Part shown: in pieces, positions 1 through 9,170 of the stretch | Layout of the letters: each line of letters opens with the position of its first letter | How positions within the stretch are numbered: the first letter of the stretch is position 1 | Source of the DNA: an uncultured Gammaproteobacteria bacterium | GTDB taxonomy: Bacteria; Patescibacteriota; Patescibacteriia; UBA11705 | Length of the DNA stretch: 64,000 nucleotides | Assembly (NCBI GenBank): GCA_964413735.1 | Contig: CAYPSS010000002.1 | Coordinates: 80,261-144,260 of the forward strand | Reading direction: 5' to 3' | The notes under the pieces: model-generated | Told to the model about the DNA's origin: nothing | Seen by the model: only the letters and a program-made list of their open reading frames with translations | Databases searched by the model: none | Translations under genes and position numbers: made by a program

Positions 1-158
1 ATTTTTTTCAAAATCGTAATCACAATGCTATCATCTTGATTCACCAAAGAATAAAGCAAATGCGCTACATCGAGTTGGGCGTGTTGATATTCAAAAGCCA
101 AGGCTTGCGCCTCTTGGATCGCTTGCTGTGATTTGGTCGTAAATTTATTCAAATCCAT
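1..158 (-). CDS. clpB: ClpB/ClpC-family AAA+ chaperone, N-terminal part (runs off the window)
   Basis: Manual translation MDLNKFTTKSQQAIQEAQALAFEYQHAQLDVAHLLYSLVNQDDSIV resembles the Clp N-domain start; CIRCE upstream. Confidence 0.85.
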   Translation of the reverse strand, partial: MDLNKFTTKSQQAIQEAQALAFEYQHAQLDVAHLLYSLVNQDDSIVITILKK

Positions 159-179
159 ATTTTTTATTTATTTAATAAT

Positions 180-206
180 TTAGCACTCTTGTTTAATGAC
201 TGCTAA
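180..206. promoter_or_regulatory. CIRCE element (HrcA operator)
   Basis: TTAGCACTC-N9-GACTGCTAA, one mismatch from consensus TTAGCACTC-N9-GAGTGCTAA, directly upstream of clpB. Confidence 0.9.
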
Positions 207-207
207 T

Positions 208-236
208 AATGTATCATTTTTATTTTGCGCTGTCAA
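208..236 (-). promoter_or_regulatory. sigma70 promoter for clpB
   Basis: TTGACA (236-231), 17-bp spacer, TGn-TACATT extended -10 (213-208). Confidence 0.75.
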
Positions 237-250
237 AATTTAAAAATGCA

Positions 251-280
251 TAGGCCGTCCACAGGTGTGTGGCGGCCTAT
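251..280. terminator. hairpin, probable terminator of the 288-506 ORF
   Basis: TAGGCCGTCCAC...GTGGCGGCCTA inverted repeat. Confidence 0.5.
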
Positions 281-287
281 TGGTAAA

Positions 288-506
288 TCAGGCCAGTCGA
301 CGCGTATCTCGTTGGAGATAGCGCGACCGACAAGCTGAAGCCGGTGAATGACGCAAGGGAGCCTTGCGTCGAGCCGATTGCTCATTGGCATAGTGCTCCT
401 CGCTCGTGATGATCAGCCGAAAGTCCAGGCACAAATACCCACGTTGCGCATGATGGCACTGTCGGAACTTTGCACATGCCAAACAGGGGTTGGATTCCGG
501 GCGCAT
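288..506 (-). CDS. small Cys-rich hypothetical protein (CxxC-x5-C-x8-C)
   Basis: 72-aa ORF, GGGGAGGTG SD just upstream, downstream hairpin, GC above background. Confidence 0.55.
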   Translation of the reverse strand: MRPESNPCLACAKFRQCHHAQRGYLCLDFRLIITSEEHYANEQSARRKAPLRHSPASACRSRYLQRDTRRLA

Positions 507-649
507 TTTTCACCTCCCCGCCAGAATTAAATTCCCCTTTATATCAAGAAAATCAAATCAGAAAAAATTAAAAATTCCTCCGTGTTAAACCCCTTAATTT
601 CATTATACGGATAATTTTGCTATAATACAAACAAATTATCAGTTACTTT

Positions 650-1819
650 ATGTTTGATGCAAATAATAAAATTATTCTAGGAATTAAAATCAATGACCAA
701 TCGGCCATTGAAATTTTGGCGCAAATTGAAAAGTTTCGTAGCAATAATTCTTTTTCCTTGATCTTCACTCCCAATCCGGAAATTTGTCTACTGGCCAGCC
801 AAGATTCTATTTACCGCGATACGGTAAACAACGCCGACTTGCGAATTCCCGATGGCTTTGGTTTGAAAATCGGTGCTCGAATTTTAAATCAGAAACTAGA
901 ACATCGTTTGACCGGCGCTGATCTCACCGCTCAAATTTTAACCAAATATTCATCCAGCAAAATTTTTATAATCAATCGCGCTGATGGTTTGTCTTCACTT
1001 AATTTAATCAAGGAAAGTTTACAAAAAAAATTCCCACAATTACAAATAGCAGGAATCGAAGTCTTAAAAAATAATTTTGATTTAAAAATTATTGCCGAGC
1101 AAATTAATAACTATGAACCTGACCTGGTTTTTTGTACCCTTGGTGCACCAATTCAAGAAAAATTACTTTGTGATTTAAAATCGCAATATGAAATAAAGGC
1201 CCAGATCGGTTTAGCGGTGGGCGGATCATTTGATTTTTTTACGAGCAAACAAATTCGTGCCCCGAAAATTTTCCGCGCACTGGGATTAGAATGGCTTTTT
1301 CGTTTGATTAAACAACCGCGTCGAATCAACCGAATTTTTTCCGCGGTAATCAAATTTCCTTTAGCTTGTTTACACTGGAAAAACCGCATGAGAAATGAGT
1401 ATCGTCCCAATGTTATGGGAATTATTAAAAAAAATGATTTATATTTAATTCAAAACAATCCACGCTTTGGCGGTGAACATTGGCAATTTCCACAAGGCGG
1501 GATTGATCATGGAGAAAAGCCCGAGCAAGCGGTTATCCGCGAAGTGGCCGAAGAAGTGGGAATAAATGAAAATGATTTACGAATTATTAAAAAAATTCCC
1601 ATTGATTACAAATATACTTATCAAGATTGGCATAATTTATTAAACGGCTACAAAGGCCAAGAACAACAATTTTTTCTTTTGGAATACCTTGGCGATAAAA
1701 TGGAATTTCCTGGTAGTTATGAAGTTTCGCAAACAAAATGGGTTGCTAAAACGGAATTGGAGAAATATATTTTTCCCAAACGCTTGGAGTCATTGTACAA
1801 AATATTGCCATTTATTTAA
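650..1819 (+). CDS. WecB/TagA/CpsF glycosyltransferase fused to a C-terminal RppH-like NUDIX hydrolase
   Basis: TPNPE, PDG, LGAPxQE, VGGSFDF, RAP..GLEWLFRL motifs, then YRPNV..WQFPQGGIDHGEKPEQAVIREVAEEVG Nudix box. Confidence 0.9.
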   Translation: MFDANNKIILGIKINDQSAIEILAQIEKFRSNNSFSLIFTPNPEICLLASQDSIYRDTVNNADLRIPDGFGLKIGARILNQKLEHRLTGADLTAQILTKYSSSKIFIINRADGLSSLNLIKESLQKKFPQLQIAGIEVLKNNFDLKIIAEQINNYEPDLVFCTLGAPIQEKLLCDLKSQYEIKAQIGLAVGGSFDFFTSKQIRAPKIFRALGLEWLFRLIKQPRRINRIFSAVIKFPLACLHWKNRMRNEYRPNVMGIIKKNDLYLIQNNPRFGGEHWQFPQGGIDHGEKPEQAVIREVAEEVGINENDLRIIKKIPIDYKYTYQDWHNLLNGYKGQEQQFFLLEYLGDKMEFPGSYEVSQTKWVAKTELEKYIFPKRLESLYKILPFI

Positions 1820-1856
1820 TTAAAATAAAAAATCTCTCGCATTGGAGAGTTTTTAT

Positions 1857-2456
1857 TTACGCGTAAATCGCGTTAATGCGTTGCAAGACGCCATGTTGTT
1901 CCATGACCCAGAGCTTGTCCGACAAAGGGAAAATATTAGCCTCAGCCTTCAAGAAAGCCACACACCAGCGCACCATACCGCCGGCCTCAAAACGATAAAC
2001 GGTCTGATGACTATCCGTATCAGCCGGAAGTTTCACTTCATCAGGTTGGCAATTCTCGTCTTCAAAGAACATGATCTTGGAATCACAATCTTCAACCCGT
2101 CGCGCTGACAGGGGAATAAGGAAAAAGAAATTCTTGTGTTCCAATTTCACATGGATTCCATATACCGCTTTGGTGGCAAAAAGTTGCAATACCGGAAAGG
2201 GCGTGGTTTCCACCTGAAAATATTGCCTGGCAGGAACATCGTTTAATTGCTCCAACACTTTTTCAATTTGAAAATCTCGGAAACTGTCAGGGTGGCGCGG
2301 ATTTACAAGAACGGTTCTCTTACCATCAGCACTACGCATAACTCCGATTTCAAAGTCTTGCGTTTCAATGATTGCCATTTTCTGTGCCAAGAGTAACCGC
2401 CAAAAGTTTTTTCCCACTTCCAGAAACCGTCCGGATTGTAAAAACGTCATAGCCAT
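1857..2456 (-). CDS. hypothetical protein (SD-led orphan)
   Basis: Long ORF; GGAGGT at 2461-2466 places the start at ATG 2456 (MAMTFLQ). Confidence 0.7.
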   Translation of the reverse strand: MAMTFLQSGRFLEVGKNFWRLLLAQKMAIIETQDFEIGVMRSADGKRTVLVNPRHPDSFRDFQIEKVLEQLNDVPARQYFQVETTPFPVLQLFATKAVYGIHVKLEHKNFFFLIPLSARRVEDCDSKIMFFEDENCQPDEVKLPADTDSHQTVYRFEAGGMVRWCVAFLKAEANIFPLSDKLWVMEQHGVLQRINAIYA

Positions 2457-2549
2457 GATTACCTCCATGTTCGCCGGTAGTGGGGGAATTATGGTAATCA
2501 TTATTATCAGCATACAATTTATTATTCCGTCCGTCAATCATAATTAGAG

Positions 2550-2749
2550 TTGTCACCCTGAGTAGCCTTTTTGTACATTGTCACCCTGAGTAACCTTTTT
2601 GTACATTGTCACCCTGAGCTTGTCGAAGGGTGTCGAAGGGTGCTCGCCTCGTTTCGTGGGCGAAGCGGGTCGAAAAGGGTTGAAGTATGTATTGTTTAGT
2701 TGGGCTTCGACAGGCTCAGCCTGACAAATCGATGGGCTTCAGCCTAACA
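2550..2749. repeat. REP-like palindromic element with 28-bp tandem duplications
   Basis: TTGTCACCCTGAG at 2550, 2578 and 2606; TGTCGAAGGG twice; complementary arm CTTCGACAGGCTCAGCCTGACAA at 2705-2727. Confidence 0.8.
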
Positions 2750-2771
2750 CAACTACAATTTTTTTAAAGTG

Positions 2772-2799
2772 AAAAAGCAGCCCCGTTGAGACTGCTTTT
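2772..2799 (-). terminator. intrinsic terminator of the high-GC gene
   Basis: AAAAGCAGCCCC-GTT-GAGACTGCTTTT hairpin with A/T tails. Confidence 0.7.
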
Positions 2800-2886
2800 C
2801 GTTGGAAATTTTTTGGAAGTGGATGAGGTTGTCATCACTGGGTGCTTGACGTTGCGTCAGCTTTCCCAGTGATCAGCGCACGACGT

Positions 2887-4002
2887 TCAGTCGCGCGCGC
2901 CCCACCCGTCGCGCCGGCGGTCCTTCTTGCCCCGGAAGCCACGGCGATCCCGACGGTCCTTCTTGTCCGTGACCACCAGGACCCCGTCTTCCATGGAGAA
3001 GACCCCCGCCAGCGCCGGATTCTTGAACCCGCGCTCGGAGTAGGAGGCCGCTTCGCGATCCTTGTCCAGCTTGCGCTGGACGTAGGTCCGCGTGCGCATC
3101 AGAGGCTTCACGATCATGTCCGTGAAGTCCCCCAGCTTCTCGGCCCTGTCCTCGAACCGCGGGTTGTCACGCTTCTTGAACGCGACCCAGTCGCGGTACT
3201 GGGGGAACATCAGTTCCGCCAGCACCACGGCGTGGACCCGCGGCATGATCAGGTAGACGGTCTCCCGCCTCTTGATCGTGACGACGCAGGGTTCTCCGCC
3301 CTTGGTCTTGATGAAGGGCTCATCGTTTCCCTTCACCGGTCCGTTGAGGCGCGCGCCGACCTGGGCCAGGAACTGCTCCATCGCGGTCTGGTAGACCGCG
3401 TAGGAGGACAGCTTCTCCAGCTGGTCCTGCCAGTCCTGACCACGCTGGAAGGCGTCCTTCGACGCCTCCTGCGCTTCCCGGATCTGGCCCCACACCGCCT
3501 GATGGGCGGCGTGGGCGGCCTCGAACTCGGGGGTGGCCATTTCGAACCACCCTGAGATGAGGTCAAGGCCCGCGTGAACCTTGTCGGCCAGCTGGCCGAC
3601 CGGTCCCGCCACCAGCTCGTCTTCCGACAAGCCGATCTCAGTCGCGGTCTCGACCAGCGGGGCAACCGCTCCGCGGATCTCCTCCGCCCACGCCACGCGG
3701 TTCAGGACGAACTCGGGGCTCAAGGTTTTGATGTCCTTGTTCCCCTTGGCCTTCACCCGAATTCCCCGCGCCATCGCGTGGGTCACGAACACCGCCCGCT
3801 CCTGGCCATCTTTCGTGACCAGGCCGTCGAAGTCCGTGACCAAGACCTCGGCATCGATGAGGGGGACGTCCTTGACGCCCTCGCCCTCTGCACACTGCAC
3901 CGTGATCAGTGAGAAGTTGTCCGGCTTGGCGCCGTACTTCTCGACGAACTGGGCCACGGTCATCGCCTTGCGCTCTTCGGGAACCTTCGTGATCTTCGCC
4001 AT
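2887..4002 (-). CDS. hypothetical 371-aa protein with anomalously high GC and an Arg/Asp-rich basic tail
   Basis: ORF with GGAGGT SD, its own promoter and terminator; G/C-ending codons throughout. Confidence 0.85.
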   Translation of the reverse strand: MAKITKVPEERKAMTVAQFVEKYGAKPDNFSLITVQCAEGEGVKDVPLIDAEVLVTDFDGLVTKDGQERAVFVTHAMARGIRVKAKGNKDIKTLSPEFVLNRVAWAEEIRGAVAPLVETATEIGLSEDELVAGPVGQLADKVHAGLDLISGWFEMATPEFEAAHAAHQAVWGQIREAQEASKDAFQRGQDWQDQLEKLSSYAVYQTAMEQFLAQVGARLNGPVKGNDEPFIKTKGGEPCVVTIKRRETVYLIMPRVHAVVLAELMFPQYRDWVAFKKRDNPRFEDRAEKLGDFTDMIVKPLMRTRTYVQRKLDKDREAASYSERGFKNPALAGVFSMEDGVLVVTDKKDRRDRRGFRGKKDRRRDGWGARD

Positions 4003-4151
4003 TTCAACACCTCCAAAAAACCTTTACAGACTAGCACTGCCCGTTAGACCACTTTTGGCCCAACTTTGGTTAGTGATATAAAATATATCTACAACCAAAG
4101 TTGGACCAATCGCGTTAAACTTTCCAAAAATATTTTAATGATCAATACGCC

Positions 4152-4180
4152 ATTATAGCACACTATTATTATTTTGTCAA
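4152..4180 (-). promoter_or_regulatory. consensus sigma70 promoter for 2887-4002
   Basis: TTGACA (4180-4175)-N17-TATAAT (4157-4152) with TG extension. Confidence 0.85.
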
Positions 4181-4338
4181 TAGTCCCTGACAAATTTTAT
4201 TTAATTTGTTCTAATTTTAGACAAAATATTTTATTATTATTTCACAACAATAATCACTAACAATCATCACCAGATTGTAAATTTCTTTTAATCTGCTATA
4301 ATAATTGGCATAATAATAAACTGCTAATTTTTATAAAT

Positions 4339-5865
4339 ATGACCTCATTTACCGGGAAAATCCGCGTACGTATTGCCCCCAGCCCAACCGGCTTTATGCA
4401 TATTGGCAATTTACGAACTATTTTATATAACTACTTATTTGCGCGTCACCATGACGGTACTTTTGTCGTGCGGATAGAAGATACGGATCGCACCAGATTT
4501 GTTCCGGGTGCTATGGAAGATATGCTCCAAACCCTTACTTGGGCCGGATTGGATTATGACGAAGGTCCGTTTGTAGAAAATAACAAAATTATTGAAAAAG
4601 GAGAGTTTGGCCCCTATATTCAGTCAGAGCGGTTAGATATCTATCAAAAGCACATCAAAACCTTAATTGACAAAAATCGGGCTTATTATTGTTTTTGTGA
4701 CAAAGATCGCCTGGAAAAATTACGCGCTGAGCAAGTGGAACAAAAACTTCCACCTAAATATGACGGTCATTGTCAAGATTTAACCAAAGAAGAAATACAG
4801 GAAAAACTTAATAATAAACAACCTTTTGTCATTCGTTTCCGCATGCCGGAAAATAGGGAAGTGCTATTTGATGACGCGATTCGTGGCACGATCAAAGTTA
4901 ATAGCAATGACCTGGATGATTTTGTATTAATCAAATCTGATGGTTTTCCCACTTATCATTTTGCCGTAGTCGTTGACGATCATTTAATGAAAATTTCTCA
5001 TGTCTTGCGTGGTGAAGAGTGGATTGCCAGCACTCCAAAACATATTCTATTATATGAAGCGTTTGATTGGCATGCACCAATCTTTGCCCACTTACCGCAA
5101 ATTCTCAATAAAAACAAGAAAAAAATGAGCAAACGCGACGGCGATGTGTCGGTCAAGGACTTTATCAGCGCCGGCTATATAAAAGAAGCATTAATTAACT
5201 TTATTGCTTTACTGGGTTGGAACTCGGGAACTGAACAAGAAGTTTACTCAATTGATGAAATGATTAAGCAATTTTCCCTAGATAACATTCATAAATCAGG
5301 CGCAATTTTTGACATCGATAAGCTGGATTGGCTAAATGGTGTGTATATTCGCGACTTATCATCAGAACAATTTGCTCAATTATGCTTACCTGTCCTAATA
5401 GAGAACAATTTAATTGTTCAAAAGTCAGATAAACTTTATAACAAGGAAACCAAAGAGGAAATTACACTATCATGGCTCAGACAAGCTTGCGAACTGGAAA
5501 AGGATCGCATCAAGAAAATAACGGAAATTTCTCAGGCCTTGAAATTCATATTTATTACTCAACCGGAATACGAGGCCAAAATTTTACCTTGGAAAAAATC
5601 AGATGCCCCCTCCGCCAAGCAAATTCTCGGCCAATTACAGGAATTATTATCAACCATTGTGGAAAATGATTTTACGACTGAATACTTAAACAAAACTGTC
5701 AGTGGATTTATTGAAAAAAACAATTTAACCAATGGGGAAGTGATGTGGCCATGGCGTGTGGCACTTTCCGGCTCTGACAAATCACCCGGGCCATTTGAAA
5801 TTGCACCGGTTTTGGGCAAAGAAAAAACCTTGGCAAGAATTAAATACGCTATCAATTTACTTTAA
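4339..5865 (+). CDS. gltX: glutamate--tRNA ligase
   Basis: RIAPSPTGFMHIGN, RIEDTD, KMSKR class I motifs. Confidence 0.97.
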   Translation: MTSFTGKIRVRIAPSPTGFMHIGNLRTILYNYLFARHHDGTFVVRIEDTDRTRFVPGAMEDMLQTLTWAGLDYDEGPFVENNKIIEKGEFGPYIQSERLDIYQKHIKTLIDKNRAYYCFCDKDRLEKLRAEQVEQKLPPKYDGHCQDLTKEEIQEKLNNKQPFVIRFRMPENREVLFDDAIRGTIKVNSNDLDDFVLIKSDGFPTYHFAVVVDDHLMKISHVLRGEEWIASTPKHILLYEAFDWHAPIFAHLPQILNKNKKKMSKRDGDVSVKDFISAGYIKEALINFIALLGWNSGTEQEVYSIDEMIKQFSLDNIHKSGAIFDIDKLDWLNGVYIRDLSSEQFAQLCLPVLIENNLIVQKSDKLYNKETKEEITLSWLRQACELEKDRIKKITEISQALKFIFITQPEYEAKILPWKKSDAPSAKQILGQLQELLSTIVENDFTTEYLNKTVSGFIEKNNLTNGEVMWPWRVALSGSDKSPGPFEIAPVLGKEKTLARIKYAINLL

Positions 5866-5946
5866 ACCTTATATTTATTCACAAAAATCAGCTTAATCGC
5901 TGTTTTTTGTTTTTTCTTAAATTAAAATGTGTTATAATAAAAGTAT

Positions 5947-7167
5947 ATGAAAAACATAAACAAAATACTAAAAATTTTGCTGATTTTTATTCTTATCTAT
6001 GGCCTAAATTCTGCGGGTGATTTTTCTCGCGCGCAAGAAGGGGAGACCTATGATGAATTACAACAACAAATAGAATCAGCCAAACAGAAAATGGAAGAAT
6101 TACAGCGTCAACAAGCGGTTTATCAAAAGAACATCCGTCTCAAACAAGAAGAAGCCATGAGTTTGAAAAATGAAATTGATATTTTAGAAAACAAAATCGC
6201 GGTCGCCGAGCTTGAGTTGGATGCTACCAACCAAGAAATCAAAAAAAACGAATTGGAAATCAGACGCGCCGAACTTTCCATTATTAAACAAGAAGATGTT
6301 ATTGAAAAAAGAAAAAATGAACTGGGCGAAACACTCAGCCTGATTCATCGTAATAACAACACCTCAGCTCTGGAAATTTTTGTGTTAAACAATTCGATTT
6401 CCGATTTTTTCATTTTTGCCGAAAACACCAAAGTTTTGTCAGATACTTTGGCCGAATCACTAAAAGAGCTGAAAGACTTAAAACAAGAACTGCAAAATAA
6501 CAAAGTCGCTCTGGAAGAAAAAACCAGCCAATTAAGGGAATTGCGCGATAACTTGGAATTACAACAAGCTGAACTGGATAATCAAATCGATTATAAAGAC
6601 AATTTACTGGTAACCACCAAGCAATCAGAACAAAAATTTTATAATCTTTTTTATCAAGCCAAGCAAGAACAAGAAACCGCCAATGCTTTGATTTATGAAT
6701 TGGAAAAAAAGGCGCGAGCCGCCTTGGACAAGAAAAAGGACGGCCAACCGCAACTGACCGACAGTACGCTTATTTGGCCGGTACCCCAAAATAAAATCAC
6801 CACTGAATTTCATGATCCGGAATATCCATTTCGTTATTTGTTTGAACATCCGGCGATTGATATTCGCGCCGCTCAAGGAACAACACTTCGTGCCGCGGCT
6901 GATGGATATGTTTTGAAAGCTTGGGACGCCGGCATGGGCTACAGTTATATTGCTTTGATTCATGCTGATGGATTATCAACCGTTTACGGCCATGTAAGCA
7001 AAATTTATGTTCGTAATGATGAATATGTTTCCAAGGGGGAAGTCATTGGCCTGACCGGTGGCACACCACGCACACCGGGTGCCGGCAATTTAACCACCGG
7101 GCCACATTTACACTTTGAAGTTCGTCTTAACGGCATTCCGGTTGATCCTTTGCTCTATTTACCCTAA
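5947..7167 (+). CDS. coiled-coil M23 family peptidoglycan endopeptidase (EnvC/CwlO-like)
   Basis: Signal peptide, long coiled coil, HxxxD (HPAID), YGH and GPHLHFEVR motifs. Confidence 0.9.
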   Translation: MKNINKILKILLIFILIYGLNSAGDFSRAQEGETYDELQQQIESAKQKMEELQRQQAVYQKNIRLKQEEAMSLKNEIDILENKIAVAELELDATNQEIKKNELEIRRAELSIIKQEDVIEKRKNELGETLSLIHRNNNTSALEIFVLNNSISDFFIFAENTKVLSDTLAESLKELKDLKQELQNNKVALEEKTSQLRELRDNLELQQAELDNQIDYKDNLLVTTKQSEQKFYNLFYQAKQEQETANALIYELEKKARAALDKKKDGQPQLTDSTLIWPVPQNKITTEFHDPEYPFRYLFEHPAIDIRAAQGTTLRAAADGYVLKAWDAGMGYSYIALIHADGLSTVYGHVSKIYVRNDEYVSKGEVIGLTGGTPRTPGAGNLTTGPHLHFEVRLNGIPVDPLLYLP

Positions 7168-7231
7168 ACATTAAATCAACATTAAATGCCCCAAATTTAC
7201 GTTCTGGGGCGTTTATTATTCATTAATCGAT

Positions 7232-7609
7232 ATGAATAAGGAAATTTCCTTTCCCGAATATATAACCAAAGTATTTGATTATACAGTCAAACATGTTTTT
7301 GGTTTGTCTGATTATGAATTTCGAATAATCAATCGTCGCACCGAAAACCAACGCATTTTAGGTTATATTAATTTTCGTAAAAAAATCATTGCTCTGGATA
7401 TTTATACCGCCAAAAAACGTGTGCCAAAAAAAATTAGTTCCTTATTACGAACCATTGCCCATGAAATTGCTCATATTCAGAAACCACCATATCGATCACG
7501 CTACAAAGGCCATTATATTATTCGCCAGCATTATCCGGCGTTTTATCGCCAAGTCAAGAAAAACCTTAAAATCATTCAAAAAGACCTTACTTTACGTATT
7601 TTCTTCTAA
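7232..7609 (+). CDS. small zincin-like (SprT/WLM-like) metallopeptidase domain protein
   Basis: HEIAH motif and downstream HYPAFY. Confidence 0.6.
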   Translation: MNKEISFPEYITKVFDYTVKHVFGLSDYEFRIINRRTENQRILGYINFRKKIIALDIYTAKKRVPKKISSLLRTIAHEIAHIQKPPYRSRYKGHYIIRQHYPAFYRQVKKNLKIIQKDLTLRIFF

Positions 7610-8077
7610 AATTAGCCAAAAATTAACTAAAACAGCCTTAAATAAGCTGTTTTTCGGTATACAAAGCCAAAATAGGGTAAAAATATAATAAACTTTTCAA
7701 TAATGACTATAATTTAATAAATAATGAAAAGTATTAAGGAATAGAAATCAATTAAAATAAACATCAATGCTTTATATGAAATTAATCCTGCAGGAAAGCC
7801 TATTCTACCATAGGGAAGTCAGCGCTAAGCATAATTCAAGCGTCGCCAAATATATCTTTTACGACACGTAGTTATAGAGCACCAGAAACTCATTATTTCC
7901 CCTTATTTTAAGGATATTATGAATATCTAGATACCCTTGATATCAAATAACGCAATTTTGGGCCTTGTTTATTTCCCTAATTTAGGTTAAATATCAATAT
8001 AAACTCGAATTTTTTAAAAAATTAAATTTTCTACATTTTAAATCAATTTATCACAATGAATATTTTCTAATGTTAAT

Positions 8078-8140
8078 TCCATACTCCCAACTCCCAACCA
8101 CTATTTCCTAATCCCTATTTCTAACCTTCTAATAACTTCT
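8078..8140. repeat. degenerate heptamer tandem repeat (~9 units)
   Basis: tccatac tcccaac tcccaac cactatt tcctaat ccctatt tctaacc ttctaat aacttct. Confidence 0.55.
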
Positions 8141-8240
8141 GTCACCCATTTTTCAACTATACCGATTTTTAAGTGTCGTAAAATATTGATAGAGCGGGGA
8201 AATAAAAAAGAGCCAAATAAATATTTACAAGCTCTTTTTA

Positions 8241-9068
8241 TTATTGGTAGTAAAGCTTTTCCCCAAAGCGCAAATCAAAGTATTTAATATGATTAAGTTG
8301 ATTTTTTACCTCTTCACTTCCGAGCAAAATAAACAAGCGATCAAGTTGATCTTGATAAGGTAATTCCAAGTTCAAGTAAATATCAAAGTTTTGGCCGGTT
8401 TCAATTTTTATTGAATCAGAACTTTCAAAATTATAATAAATCAAATCAATCGGTATTTTTGTGGTCAAATATTGCTTGACCTGAACTAAATAATTCAAAA
8501 CATCCTCTTTCAAAGCTTGATCCCCAATAATCAAGGAATGATTACGCAAATCCTTAATTTTTATCAGCTGTTCAATAATTGCTCCATCACAATACTCCAC
8601 CACCACTCCCCGATCATCCAAATGCATACATTGAGTATCATTAATTAAAATAATATCCGCTTTTTTTTCTTGAATTTCAATTTTCAAAGTATTGGGAAAA
8701 TCTTTATCAATTTTCATGCTTTCCAACAAATAACTATCCCCTATTCTTTGTCTAAATTTATTTTTGGAAAACAAAAGCAAATTGTTTCGCGAAAACAATA
8801 ATAGTTTCCTAGAATAACGATAATCATTTAAAATATTTTCAAACTTTTGTTGACTAATTTTGTTAATCCCTTTAATTTCCACTGTTTTGATTTGAAAATA
8901 GTCAGAAAACAGAAAAAAATATAACAAAAAAACACCAACGAAAAGCACCAATATTTTAAGAAGTTTTTGAGTTTTCTTTTTTTTAATCTCTTCATCACGA
9001 ATACGTCGCGGATCCTTGAATTGAGCGCGACTGAAATCTTTTTGATATTTGTGACTGATATCGGCCAT
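8241..9068 (-). CDS. ftsQ: FtsQ/DivIB-type POTRA-domain cell division protein
   Basis: Single TM, FxIKxVEIKG, KDFPNTLKIEIQE, C-terminal YFDLRFGEKLYY. Confidence 0.75.
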   Translation of the reverse strand: MADISHKYQKDFSRAQFKDPRRIRDEEIKKKKTQKLLKILVLFVGVFLLYFFLFSDYFQIKTVEIKGINKISQQKFENILNDYRYSRKLLLFSRNNLLLFSKNKFRQRIGDSYLLESMKIDKDFPNTLKIEIQEKKADIILINDTQCMHLDDRGVVVEYCDGAIIEQLIKIKDLRNHSLIIGDQALKEDVLNYLVQVKQYLTTKIPIDLIYYNFESSDSIKIETGQNFDIYLNLELPYQDQLDRLFILLGSEEVKNQLNHIKYFDLRFGEKLYYQ

Positions 9069-9170
9069 AAAATAGTAAGTTGTTTTAATATTTTATCATA
9101 TTTTTAAACAAAACAAAAACAGCGATTTTATCGCTGCGTTTTCACTTACCCACCAGAAAATCTTGGACTA

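Noticed and set aside
2550-2640. Possible mini CRISPR array
   Set aside because: The intervening sequences are only ~15 bp and nearly identical, so this is a tandem duplication; no cas genes are present.
2842-4081. Several long overlapping ORFs on both strands of the high-GC gene
   Set aside because: Expected shadow ORFs in GC-rich DNA; only 2887-4002 (-) has an SD, promoter and terminator.
7857-7884. dif site
   Set aside because: Only a loose XerC-like half; the XerD arm (TTATGTTAAAT-like) is not matched.
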